From Squalus acanthias (Eukaryota), in assembly GCA_030390025.1 (NCBI GenBank), contig CM059425.1, positions 174,594,001 to 174,658,000 of the forward strand: 64,000 nt of DNA, written 5' to 3'. A model generated the notes under the pieces. The model was not told the origin of the DNA. It did no database searches and saw only the letters and a list, made by a program, of their open reading frames with translations. The position numbers and the translations under genes were made by a program. This document shows positions 27,860 through 40,417 of the stretch, in pieces (the first letter of the stretch is position 1; each line of letters starts with the position of its first letter).

Positions 27860-30385
27860 AACATAAGAACATAAGAAGTAAGAGCAGGAGTAGGCCATAC
27901 GGCCCCTCGAGCCTGCTCCGCCATTCAATAAGATCATGGCTGATCATCGACCTCAACTCCACTTTCCCGCCCGATCTCCATATCCCTTGATTCCCCTAGA
28001 GTCCAAAAATCTATCTATCTCAGCCTTCAATATACTCAAAGACTCAGCATTCACAGCCCTCTGGGGCAGAGATTTCCAAAGATTCACAACCCTCTGAGTG
28101 AAGAAATTCTTCCTCATAATGGCCTACCCCTTATCCTGAGACTATGCCCCCTAGTTCTAGACACTCCAGCCATGGGAAACAACCTCTCAGCATCTACCCT
28201 GTCAATCCCCTTCAGAATCTTGTAAGTTTCAATGAGATCACCTCTCATTCTTCTAAACTCCAGAGAGTATAGGCCCATTCTACACAATCTCTCATCATAG
28301 GACAGCCCTCTCATCCCAGGAATCAATCTAGTAAACCTTCATTGCACCGCCTCCAAGGCAAGTATATCCTTCCTCAGATAAGGACACCAGAACTGTGTGC
28401 AGTACTCCAGGTGTGGTCTCACCAAGGCCCTGTATAATTGTAGCAAGACTTCCTTACTCTTATACTCCAACCCCCTTGCAATAAAGGCCAACATGCCATT
28501 TACCTTCCTTATGTTTGCTGTACCTGCAGGCTAGCTTTCTGTGTTTCTTGCACGAGGACACCCAAATCTCTCTGAACACCAACATTTGAAAGTTTCTCAC
28601 CATTTAAAAAATATTCTGTTTTTCTATTCTTCCTCCCAAAGTGAATAACCTCACATTTCCCTACATTATACTCCATTTGCCACCTTACTGCCTACTCACT
28701 TAGTCTATCTATATCCCTTTGCAGACTCTTTGTGTTCTCCTCGCAGCTTACTGTCCCACCTAGCTATGTATCATCAGCAAACTTGGATACATTACACTTG
28801 GTCCCTTCATCTAGGTCATTAATATAGATTGTAAAGTGCTGAGGCCCCAACACTGATCCTTGCGGCACCCCACTAGTTACAGCCTGCCAACCTGAAAAAG
28901 ATCCGTTTACCCCTACTCTCTGTTTTCTGTCCGTTAACCAATCCTCTATCCATGTTATTATATTACCCCCAACCCCATGAGCCCTAATCTTGTGTAATAA
29001 CCTTTTATGTGGCACCTTATCGAATGCCTTTTGGAAATCCAAATATACTACATCCACTGGTTCCCCTTTATCTATCCTGCTCGTTACATCCTCAAAAAAC
29101 TCTAATAAATTTGTCAAACACGATTTCCCTTTCATAAAACCATGTTGACTCTGCCTAATCATGTTATGATTTTCTAAGTGACTTGATACCACTTCCTTAA
29201 CAATGGATTCCAGCATTTTCCCGATGACTGATGTCAGGCTAACTGATCTGTAGTTTCCTGTTTTTTCTCTTCCTCCTTTCTTGAATAGCGGTGTTACATT
29301 TGCGACCTTCCAATCCGCTGGGACCATTCCAGAATCTAGGGAATTTTGGAAGATCAAAACCAATGCATCTACTATCTCTTCAGCCATCTCTTTTAGAACC
29401 CTAGGATGTAGGCCATCAGGTCCAGGGGATTTGTCGGCTTTTAGTCCCATTAGTTTCTCTAGTACTTTTTCTCTATTTATATTAATTACGTTAAGTTCCT
29501 CACCCTCATTAGACCCTTGGTTCCCCACCATTTTTGGTATGCTTTTTGTGTCTTCTACTTTGAAGACAAATACAAAATATTTGTTTAACGTTTCTGCCAT
29601 TTCCTTATTCCCCACAATAATTTCCCCTGTCTCAGCCTCTAAGGGACCAACGTTTACTTTTGCTACTCTTTTCCTTTTTACATACTTGTAGAAACTCTTA
29701 CAATCTGTTTTGATATTTCTTGCTAGTTTTCTCTCATATTCTATTTTTTCCCTTTTTATCAATTTTTTGGTCAACCTTTGCTGGTTTCTGAAACTCTCCC
29801 AATCCTCAGGCTTACTATTATTCTTTGCAACATTATAAGCTTCTTCTTTCAATCTAATGCTATCCTTAACTTCTTTATTTAGCCACTGTTGGATCACTTT
29901 TCCCGTGGAGTTTTTGTTTCTCAATAGAATGTATTTTTGTTGAGAATTATGAAATATTTCTTTAACTGCTAGCCACTACCGTCATACCTTTTAATCTATT
30001 TTTCCAATCTACCTTAGCCAACTCGCCTCTCATACCTATGTAATTAGCTTTATTTAAGTTTAAGACTCTAGTTTCGGACTTAGGCAAGTCACTCTCAAAA
30101 TTAATGTAAAATTCTATGATATTATGATCACTCTGCCCCAGAGGATCCTTTACTATGAGATTGCTAATTAACCCTGTCTCATTACACAATACAAGATCTA
30201 AAATAGCCTGTTCCCTGGTTGGTTCCATGACATATTGTTCAAGGAAACTGTCCCGAATGCATTCCATGAACTTGTCCTCCAGACTACCTTTGCCAATTTG
30301 ATTTGTCAAGTCTATATGAAGATTAAATTCCCCCAAGATTATTGCATTACCTTTGTTGCAAGCTCCTACTGTTTCTTGATTAATA
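27860..30385 (-). mobile_element. 5'-truncated CR1 with long ORF2 pieces
   Basis: 386-aa ORF 28764-29924 with [34 protein letters not shown] and FADD; (aagaacat)n tail. Confidence 0.97.
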
Positions 30386-31299
30386 TTTGAACTTTTACAT
30401 TAAAAATTCTGCAATCTGGTTAATCTTAAAATATTACTTCGCAATTGATAGATTTTTAATCTAAAAAAGGAAAAACAAAGTGACATTTGGATTTTCAACA
30501 GACGAACCAAACCACTGTTTTCCCAAAAGTCGGTCTCCCACATCCAACCATCTGCTCCAGTTACAGAACTACTATACCTGATCCAACTCTTTACACTTTC
30601 ACAACAAGACTCTCTCCTTCTCCAGCCCACCCAGTTCATACTGGCACTCACCCTCTTTCCCCTCAATTCAACCACTTGTCTTTAGTCCCCCCATTCAAGC
30701 TGGCACTCTTTTCTTCCACCTACCTTCTCAGTTCAAGCTGTATTTTCTCCACCCCCACCCCACTCAATTCATGCTGGCACTGTTCTCTCACCTCCCCCTT
30801 CAGTTAATGCTGGCACCCTCATTCTTCCTCCACCCAAAAACGCCACTTCTAGTTTCTCCCTTCTTTCTCCCCAAAACACCAATCCCAGATACTGCCTTTT
30901 CCATCAATCATTTATTTCCGCTTCCCTCTCCCCTTCATTGCCATCCAATTCTTTGCTCCTTCCCACAGCACTGCTTCTATCTGATTTCTGCTGATAGTGG
31001 AAGGGATTCCAGCTAAGCTGAGAACTGTTCAGACAAGAATTCCCACTTACAGTATGTAGCAACTGTAACACTTCTATTAGCGACAGGACTCTCATAGGAG
31101 CAGCACTGAGGGGAAAGAGACCTGATTCACATTGATTTTTGTCAGGAAATGTTCCCCAAATAGCTGACTCACAAACACTGTTGGATAGCATATACCAGAG
31201 AAAGAAAACTGATTGATGATGGGATGTAAATTAGGTTTTTAAAACGCTGAGAGAAAAGAATATTGTATTTGTAAACAAGATATTTAATTAAAACTGTTG

Positions 31300-32150
31300 G
31301 CAACAACAACAACTTGCATTTATATGGCACCTTTAGCATCAAAAAAATCTCATGGATATTCAGAGAAGCACAATCAGACAGGAATCAACGGCAAGTCAAA
31401 CAAGGAGATATTAGGAGGGTTGACTAAAAGCTTAGTCAAAAAGGTGGATTTTAAGGAGAGCCTTCAATGAGGAGTGAGACAGGTGGAGACATGGAGAGGC
31501 TTCGGGAGGTAATTCCAGATCTTACGGCCTAGGTAGCTGAAGGCATGGCCACCAATGCTGGGGTGAAGAGAATGGGAGATGCACAAGAGGCCAGAGTTGG
31601 AGGAACACAGAGGTATGGAGGATTTTAGGGTTGGAGAAGGTTATAAAGATAGGCAGGGGCGAGGCCATGAAGGGATGTAAATACAAGAATGAGAATTTTA
31701 AATTTGAAGCATTCGGGCACCGGGAGCCAATCTAAGTCAGTGAGCACAGGGGTGATGGGTGTGCGGGACTTGGCCTAGAATAGGATACAGGCAGCTGAAT
31801 TTTGGATGAGTTTATGGAGGATGGAGAATGGGAGGCCAACCAGGACAGCATTGGAACAGTCGAGTCTGGAGATGACAAAGACATGAATGAGAGTGTCAGC
31901 AGCAGATGGGATGATGCAGGGGTGAAGATGGGCGAAGTTACAGAGGTGGAAGTATACGGTCTTTGTGATGCAGTGTTGGAAGCTCAGGTTGGGGTCAAAT
32001 AGGATGGCGAGGGTGTGAACAGTCTGGTTCAGCTCGAGACAGTGGGTGGGAACGGGAATGGAATCGGTGGCAAAGGTATGAAGTTTGTGGCCGAAGCCAT
32101 CTGGAAGAAATTATGGCTCATACAAAACTGGATGTCGAACAAGCAGCCAT
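31300..32150 (-). mobile_element. L2 LINE 3' fragment (continues at 42655-43040)
   Basis: Starts with caacaacaacttgcatttatatggcacc (reverse of an L2-type tail); RT region homologous to 51230-51660 and 54290-54890. Confidence 0.7.
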
Positions 32151-32270
32151 TGAATGGCGGAACAGGCTCGACGGGCTGAATAGAAACATAGAAGATAGGA
32201 GCAGGAGTAGGCCATTCGGCCCCTTGAGCCTGTTCCGCCATTTAATGAGATCATGGCTGATCATCCAAAT

Positions 32271-35050
32271 TCAGTACCCTGTCCCTGCTTTCTCCCCATA
32301 TCCCTTGATCCCTTTAGCCTTAAGAAATATATCTAACTCCTTCTTGAATATATTTAATGAATTGGCCTCAACTGCCTTGTGTGGTAGAGAATTCCACAGG
32401 TTCACCACTCTCTGGGTGAAGAAATTCCTCCTCATCTCAGTCCTAAATGGCTTACCCCTTATCCTTAGACTGTGACCCCTGGTTCTGGACTTCCCCGCCA
32501 TCGGGAACATCCTTCCTGCATCTAGTCTGTCTAGTCCTGTTAGAATTTTATAAGTTTCAATGAGATCCCCTCTCATTCTTCTAAACTCTAGCGAATATAA
32601 GCCTAATTGACCCAATCTCTCTTCATACGTCATTCCTGCCATCCCACGTATCAGTCTGGTGAATCTTCGCTGCACTCCCTCCATGGCAAGAACATCCTTC
32701 CTCAGATAAGGCAACCAAAACTGCACACAATACTCAAGGTGTGGTCTCACCAAGGCCCTGTACAACTACAGCAAGATATCCTTGCTCCTGTACTCGAATC
32801 CTCTCGCTATGAAGGCCAACATACCATTTGCCTTCTTAACCGCCTGCTGCACCTGCATGCTTACCTTCAGCGACTGGTGCACAAGGACTCCCAGGTCTCG
32901 TTGCACTTCCCCTTTTCCCAATCTATTGCCGTTCAGATAATAATCTGCCTTCCTGTTTTTGCCACCAAAGTGGATAACCTCGAATTTATCCACATTATAC
33001 TGCATCTGCCATGAATCTGCCCAATCACCCAACCTGTCCAAATCATACTGGAGTTTCTCTGCATCCTCCTCACAGCATACACGCCCACCCAGCTTTGTGT
33101 CGTCTGCAAACTTGGAGATATTACATCTAGTTCCCTCGTCTAGATCATTAATATATATTGTGAATAGCTGGGGTCCTAGCACCGATCCCTGCAGTACCCC
33201 ACTAGTCACTGCCTGCCACTCAGAAAAAGACCCGTTTATTCCAACTCTTTGCTTCCTGTCTGCCAACCAGTTCTCTATCCAAGCCAGTACCTTACCCCCA
33301 ATTTCATGTGCTTTAACTTTGCACGCTAATCTCTTATGCGGGACCTTATCGAAAGCCTTCTGAAAGTCCAAATACACCACATCCACTGGTTCTCCCTTAT
33401 CTATTCTACCAGTTACATCCTCAAAAAATTCCAGTAGATTGGTCAAGCAGGATTTACCTTTTGTAAATCCATGTTGACATTGTCCGATCCTGTCACTGTT
33501 TTCCAAGTGCTCTGCTATTATATCTTTTATAATGGGCTCTAGCATTTTCCCCACTACCGATGTCAGGCTTACCGGTCTATAATTCCCCGTTTTTTCTCTA
33601 CCACCTTTTTTAAATAGTGGGGTTACATTAGCTACCCTCCAATCCATGGGAACTGTTCCAGAGTCTATAGAATTTTGGAAGATGACCAGCAATGCATCTA
33701 CTATTTCTAGGGCCACTTCCTTAAGTACCCTAGGATACAGATTATCAGGCCCTGGGGATTTATCGGCCTTCAATCCCGTCAATTTCCCTAACAACATTTC
33801 CCTACAAATACTGATTTCATTCAGTTCCTCCCTCTCATTAGACCTTATGTTCCCCGACATCTGTGGGAGGTTATTTGTGTCCTCCTTTGTGAAGACAGAA
33901 CCAAAGTATGTATTTAATTGGTTTGCCATTTCTTTGTTCCCCATTATAAATTCCCCTTATTCTGACTGCAAGGGACCTACGCTTGACTTCACCAATCTTT
34001 TTCTCTTCACATATCTATAGAAGCTTTTACAGTCAGTTTTTATGTTCCCTGCAAGCTTACTCTCATACTTTATTTTCCCCCTCTTAATTAATCCCTTTTT
34101 CCTCCTTTGCTGAATCCTAAACTGCTCCCAATCCTCAGGTTTGCTGCTTTTTCTGGCCAATTTATATGTCCTCTCCTTGGATCTTATGCTATTCCTAATT
34201 TCCCTTGTTAGCCACGGTTGAGGCACCATTTTTGTTTTATTTTTATGCCAGACAGGGATGAACAAATTCTGTAGTTCATCCATGCAATCTTTAAATGTTT
34301 GCCATTGCCTATCCACCGTCAACCCTTTAAGTAACGTTCCCCAATCCATCCTAGCCAACTCGCGCCTCATACCATCGTAGTTTCCTTCATTTAAATTCAG
34401 GACCCTAGTCTCTGAGTCAACTACTTCACTCTCCATCTTAATGAAGAATTCTATCATATTATGATCGCTCCTCCCCAAGGGGCCTCGCACAACAAGATTG
34501 CTAATTACATAATACCCAGTCTAAGATGGCCTGATCTCTAGTTGGTTCCTCGACATATTGGTTCAGGAAACCATCCCGTATACACTCTAGGAATTCCTCC
34601 TCCACAGTATTGTTACTAATTTGGTTAGCCCAATCTATATGTAGATTAAAGTCACCCATGATAACTGCTGTGTCCTTATTGTGTCTCTAATTTCCCGTTT
34701 AATGCCATCCCCAACCTCTGCATTACTGTTTGGGGTCTGTATACAACTCCCACAAACGTTTTCTGCCCCATGGTATTTCTCAGCTCTACCATACAGATTC
34801 CACATCATCAGAGCTAATATCCTTCCTTACTATTGTGTTAATCTCCTCTTTAACCAGCAATGCTACCCCACCTGCTTTTCATTTTTGCCTGTCCTTCCTG
34901 AATATTGAATACCCCTGGATGTTGAATTCCCAGCCTTGGTCACCCTGGAGCCATGTCTCCGTAATCCCAATTATATCATATCCGTTTACATGTATTTGCG
35001 CAACTAATTCATCCACCTTATTACGAATGCTCCTCACATTAAGACACAAA
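32271..35050 (-). pseudogene. CR1 ORF2 (endonuclease/reverse transcriptase), disrupted
   Basis: ORFs 33957-34490, 32766-33944 and 32271-32765 share one frame separated by two stops; [12 protein letters not shown] and FADD motifs. Confidence 0.95.
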
Positions 35051-35943
35051 GGGGTAAAAATTCAGTTGGTTGCGCCTCCCGTTAGCGCCTTAAGAGGGCG
35101 CTAATGGGGCGCAAAGCCGCTAACGCCCGGGCGCAGCAATGTTTGCGCCGCTCGGGAACTTAACTTGACATTGTGCGGCGGCGCTAAAACTTACCGCTGC
35201 GACCACCTGCGCGCGCAGATTGTGACGTCATTCCATGGTGCAACGCCCTTGTGGCGCCCCGGCGCGGAAATTGAGTGGCGCCCCCTGCCTTACCGCCTGG
35301 CGCTTCCAACGACCAGAAGACTGGAACGCTATCAATCGCTGTGGGGCTGGGGGGGGCGCTATTTAAAGGGGGCCTCTTCCTGTCTTTTATTGTTGGTGGC
35401 ATTTTTGAACTACGCATTCTGAGAGAGAGAGGGAGAGACTTCTGGAGAGATTCAACGTTGTGTGAAGGAGTTTTGGGTACTGAGCAGCACTTTGCAGGTT
35501 CATTTTGATTTGCCATTCCTTGTATCGATTTAGCAGAGACTGTGGGAGCTGCACTCTGAGCTCTTTGCCTGGTACTCTCCATTGTTCTTTCCAGCACATT
35601 TGATGTGCAAGTCTCTCCAGGCCGAGATTCAAGGCTGCAATGAACAGGATGTGGATGGAAAGCAAGATTAACCATCCCCTTTAAGAACTGGCCCGTGCCA
35701 TTGTGTGTGTGTTCCATTGCTGACTGACATTACATGAGCTTCGCCAGCGCTCTGAGTTAGCGCCTCACTGCTCGGCCTTTGCGCCTTAAGACAGGTGTGC
35801 AGCGCCTGCTTTAGCGCTCCACTCACCTCCCGGGGCGGTAAAAGAGAAGTTTCCAGTCAGTGCCGATAATTAGCGCCAGGCGCTAATATTTGCGTCCAGA
35901 TGATATTTGCGCCCCAAATGGGGCGCGACCTAATTTCTACCCC
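35051..35943. mobile_element. Non-autonomous Harbinger deletion derivative
   Basis: TIRs ggggtaaaaatt/aatttctacccc; AAA duplicated; left half aligns to 35977-36500 and right half to 40770-41155. Confidence 0.92.
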
Positions 35944-36487
35944 AAAGCCTTCAGGCTTGTTTTTTTAACAGTCTTAGGGGGAAAAATTCAGTTGGTTCGC
36001 GCCTCCCGTTAGTGCCTTAAGAGGGCGCTAATGGGGAGCAAAGCAACTAGCGCCCGGGCTTGGCGATGTCTGTGCCGCTCGCGAAATTGACCAGACATTT
36101 TGCGGTGGCGCTAAACAATACCACCCCGATCTCCTGCGCACGCAGATCTTGACGTCATTCGAGCTTGCAACGCCCTTGTGGCGCCCCAGACCGGATATTG
36201 AGTGGCGCCCCTCTCCTTTCCGCCTGACGCAAGCAACGACAGGTAGACTGGAACGTTTCCCAGTCGCTGTGGGGCTGCGGGGGGCGCTATTTAAACGCGG
36301 CCTCTTCCTGGCTTTTTCTGTGGTAGACATTTTTGCACCACTCGTTCTGACAGAGAGAGAGATTCTGAGAGAGAGAAGGAGAGACTTCTGCATAGAGTCA
36401 ACACTGTGTGAAGTAGTTTTAGCTATTGAGCATCACTTTGCAGGTACTTTTGTTTTTGACCTTCATTACTTTGATTACCAAGAGACT

Positions 36488-37627
36488 GTGGGGACTGCAC
36501 TGATTCGGGGCGTTGTCCTGCGCCTGCAGATTCGGAGGCCACAGAGACGCAGAGAGAGAGTGGCAATCCTGGCCAGACGGAGGAGGACCAACAGGCCTCT
36601 GTACAGGAGACCTTACCCGCCCAGGGTATTTCACCAACAATTCTCCTGCATTAATATGTCTGAGGAGCAGTGTTTGCAAAGGCTGCGCTTCAGCAAGGAG
36701 GTGGTCACTGAGCTCTGCCACCTGCTGCAGCCAGATCTGCAGCCTCTACTGAGGACCAGGACGTCTCTGTCGGTGGCAGTGAAGATCACAGTGGCTCTGA
36801 ACTTTTATGCCACCGGCTCCTTTCAAGCAGCTACTGGGGACATCGCCAACATCTCCCAGTTCGTGGTCCATTGCTGCATCCATCATGTCACAAATTACCT
36901 CTATAAAAGGAGACGACAGTACATCTCTTTCCCGATGACCCGGGCCAAACAGCATGAACGCGCATTGGGCTTTGCAAGGATAGCGGGCTTCCCCATGGTG
37001 CAGGGCGCCATTGACTGCACACATGTGGCATTGCGTGCACCACATGTGAATGCAGAGGATTTCCGTAATCGAAAGGGATTCCACTCCTTAAACGTCCAGT
37101 TGGTCTGTGACCACAGACAGCTGATACTCGCTGTCAATGCCCGCTATCCTGGCAGCAGCCACGATGCATTCATCCTGCGCCAGACTGCTGTGGCAGACCT
37201 TTTCCAGGCACCGCATCACCCAAGTGGTTGGCTTCTCGGGGACAAGGGTTATCCACTGTGCACCTGGCTGATGACACCGCTCCGTACCCCCAACACCCCT
37301 GCTGAGCTGCGGTACAACGAGAGCCATCTTGCCACCAGGAACATCGTTGAGCACACAATCGGCGTGCTCAAGCAACGGTTCCGCTGTCTGGACCACTCAG
37401 GAGGAGCCCTGCAGTACTCGCCCGAGCGAGTCGCCTTCTTCATAGTTGTGTGCTGCATGCTGCATAACCTGGCAATCCTCAGGACCCAGCCAATGCCACC
37501 AGGCCTTGGAGCACCACCGGAGGAGGAGGAGGGAGAGGAGGAGGAAGAGGAGGAGGAGGATGATCATCAGCAGCACCAATGCAGGAGGGAGGCCCACAGT
37601 GTTGAAACTGGAAGGGCCGTCCGTTAA
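36488..37627 (+). CDS. Harbinger (HARBI1-like) DDE transposase
   Basis: GAIDCTHV, NRKGFHSLNVQLVCD, YPGSSHDAFIL, LLGDKGYP, RNIVEHTIGVLKQRFRCL, CCMLHN and an acidic tail. Start uncertain (GTG 36488 or ATG 36656). TAA at 37625 may be premature (next frame RLIASRF* to 37651). Confidence 0.93.
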   Translation: MGTALIRGVVLRLQIRRPQRRRERVAILARRRRTNRPLYRRPYPPRVFHQQFSCINMSEEQCLQRLRFSKEVVTELCHLLQPDLQPLLRTRTSLSVAVKITVALNFYATGSFQAATGDIANISQFVVHCCIHHVTNYLYKRRRQYISFPMTRAKQHERALGFARIAGFPMVQGAIDCTHVALRAPHVNAEDFRNRKGFHSLNVQLVCDHRQLILAVNARYPGSSHDAFILRQTAVADLFQAPHHPSGWLLGDKGYPLCTWLMTPLRTPNTPAELRYNESHLATRNIVEHTIGVLKQRFRCLDHSGGALQYSPERVAFFIVVCCMLHNLAILRTQPMPPGLGAPPEEEEGEEEEEEEEDDHQQHQCRREAHSVETGRAVR

Positions 37628-38004
37628 CGCCTGATAGCAAGCCGCTTCTAGGCCCCTGCTGAGGAAATGGCTTCTGCCATTGAGAACAACATAAATGAAA
37701 CCAACCCGCAACCCCAAAGCCGGCTAAGGCAGCAATGATTCTAAAGACCAAACATGTAAATTTTGAATACAAAAACTTATTCATTTTACAAACTCTGTGT
37801 GTGTCATTTCTTCATGACAAACTAATAGAAAGAAACACAAAAAACAGTCATTAACATAACTGGTTCTCACAACCTGGAGATAATGTCCAAAACACTGAAC
37901 AAAAGTTTGAACACGAACCTCGGCCTTTAATAAAAAATTGACCAACATTTTGTCACACCTCCTACTTTTTGCCCTTTGAGGGTGATCTCCTTCCCTTGCG
38001 CACT

Positions 38005-38782
38005 TGTAAGATCCGGATCACAGGCCACACACAGATTACCCAAAAGGGTTTTAGAAGTTGTAAGGCTTTTATTAAAGAGCTACAGTTTTAAAGCATAATC
38101 AGGTATTACATATGGTTTAAGCCGAGTATAATAGACATACAACCCTTGACAGTAGGAGCGATCTACGACTACCGAATCGGAATGCCACAACCGGACGGTC
38201 GGGGAGGCAGTACGGTGGTCTCGGATTGGGTGGATTCCTGCAGTCTGCTGCAGCGGTCACTTCCGTTGGGTCATCTCTCGAGCTGTTGGAGGTGTTAGGC
38301 CATCAGCCACCTCAGAGGCTAAACTTGACCAAGGTGTTAGGCCGTAGCCACCTCGGGGAAGCTTTCGCCCCTAACTGCCTGATTTCCTCTCTCGGTCGTC
38401 TATATTTATAGTTATTTCGGTGGGCTGGTAATCACCTGGTGTCAATCATTTGATCCCCCATCCTATTGTCCAATTGTGAAGCGGGAAGGCATCCCTCTCC
38501 GTCCCTTTCTGCATGACTGACAAGGCCTCCCTCTTATCTTTCTGAGGAATGTTTTGTTATGTTTCTTTAAGGACATTTTATGACTTTTCGGCTCCATTTT
38601 TGTCTATTATCCCCCACCCTGTGTTGTTTTGCATTTTACGATTCCCTTATCACTTCTATTTGTCTTTTGATGCTTGATATTCGACCTTGCTGGCATTTCT
38701 GCTATCTGTTCCCTGCTGCATGTTGTCAGTCTCTGTTCTAAGAATTAAAACCCATCTTTGAATCTAACAGCTATTTCTTACA
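38005..38782 (-). mobile_element. Solo LTR (ERV- or Gypsy-like)
   Basis: tgtaaga...tcttaca ends; 4-bp TSD cact; minus-strand TATAAATA (38403-38410) upstream of AATAAA (38068-38073). Confidence 0.88.
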
Positions 38783-39039
38783 CACTTCCCCCCTTCCCAC
38801 CCTACTGCTCCTCCGTAATGGGACCCCAGTGGCTGCAGCAAGGCTGCTGGAAGGCTGCTGATTGTCAGAACCTGAGACTGCAGATGCCCTTGAAGGACGG
38901 CCTCGACCAGCTCTGGGCCTGGAGGGCCCGGCTGCAGACTGCACCAACTCTGCATGGGCGGCAGCAGTCTGGCCTACAGGCGATGGCAAGTGAAATGGGG
39001 AAGTGACAGTGGTGGCAGCAGGAATGCTGTCATCTTGAG

Positions 39040-39208
39040 TGTGTCTTTGATGTAGGGAAAGATTTGAATAGATTTTTTCTGTGTTTATATTGTGAATTCT
39101 GGGAGATTCTCTCACAGCTACCTTACCTGAAGAAGGAGCGAACAGCTCCGAAAGCTTGTAAAATTAAATAAATTTGTTGGACTATAACCTGGTGTTGTGC
39201 GACTTCTG
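39040..39208 (+). mobile_element. Penelope-like element terminal fragment with hammerhead-like core
   Basis: 8-bp duplication atcttgag; CTGAAGA-a-GGAGC-gaaca-GCTCC-GAAA followed by aataaa. Confidence 0.75.
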
Positions 39209-40252
39209 ATCTTGAGAGAGGACAGCAACTCCCTGCTCGACCGACACACTGGCACTCCCACGGGGCAGCACTTCAGCATCTGGAGCAATCTGCTGGAGCA
39301 CAGATTGCTGACCTGCTGCGGCGCGGTGAGAGCCCCGGGGAAATGTGTCCGAACCAGCGACGATGGCAACAGTCAGTGCTTGCGTGGCCTCAATCTGAGT
39401 CTGCATGAGAGCAGTCTGAGATGGGGTAATGGCAGCCAGTGACTAAATTGCAGCACTAAGCTTTAGCGTGGCATCCGCCTGTGCTACAGCGAAGTGCTCC
39501 ACACTCCTTGCCAGTGATTCAATGCATTCGGGCACCCTTCCCACTGCACCCATGAGCTCAGTCTGCATGTCCACCGCCTGGGTGTTCATTTCAGCGATGA
39601 GCCGCTCCTCCTCTGTGTCCAGTGCAGCAGGACTCGCTGGCCCACTCTCCCTCCAGGGAGAAGGCCCCCGAGCTTCCCTAGCCACATCGCGTTGCTGCAG
39701 CCCGCTGGGTCCTGGAGCTTCACCCTCATCAGACCCTTCCCCCCTGCTCCCCTCCAGGGAAGGCGTGTTCCCAGTGTGGGCATGGGCTTCCTCGGGAGAG
39801 GGTGGCACTGATGCTCCGGCTTCATCTTCCTCCTCGTCTGCAGCTTCACTCCCACTGGCAGCTTGAGGGCTTGTCTCCTCAGCTGGTGAATCACCATCTG
39901 AAAGCAGGGAGGTACAAGAGTGACTTTAGCGTGAGGACAGGGGGGCAGTAAGGGAGGAATGAGTGCAGCGATTTAGTAAGTTGGATTGAAAGTGTCAAAG
40001 GCTGGTGTTGTGAGGGACAAGTGGAAGGAGAGAGGACAAAAAGGTGATGACCTTACCATTGCTGTCCCGAATGGGGTTGGCCTCTCCAGGGGCGACGGGA
40101 CCGATCACCCGGCTTGCCACAATCCTGTGGACGCGCGCCTCAAGATCGCTGAGGGGTTGCAGCTGAGGCTGCCCTCCATCCGTCCGTTGCTGCTGTCTCC
40201 TATTATGAGATAGCTTGGCCTGCAAGAAAAAGGACGGCGTCTGAGTAAATAT

Positions 40253-40417
40253 ACAGCCATGGTCTTGCCTGATGTGCCTCCCATAATTGAATAGCTCTTA
40301 CTGTATGCAGCCATGGTCTTGCCTGATGTGCCTCCCATAGGTGAATAGCCATAACTGTATGCAGCCATGGTCTTGCCTGATGTGCCTCCCATAGGTGAAT
40401 AGCCCTTACTGTATGCA
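40253..40417. repeat. 3 x 54-bp minisatellite in Myb intron 1
   Basis: gccatggtcttgcctgatgtgcctcccata at 40256, 40310 and 40364. Confidence 0.95.

Noticed and set aside
29281..34020. Antisense ORFs over CR1 ORF2
   Set aside because: Shadows of the RT reading frame.
36149..37627. Domesticated host gene HARBI1
   Set aside because: It lies within TIRs and a TSD beside a Myb partner and inside a LINE, so it is a transposon copy; no gene symbol assigned.
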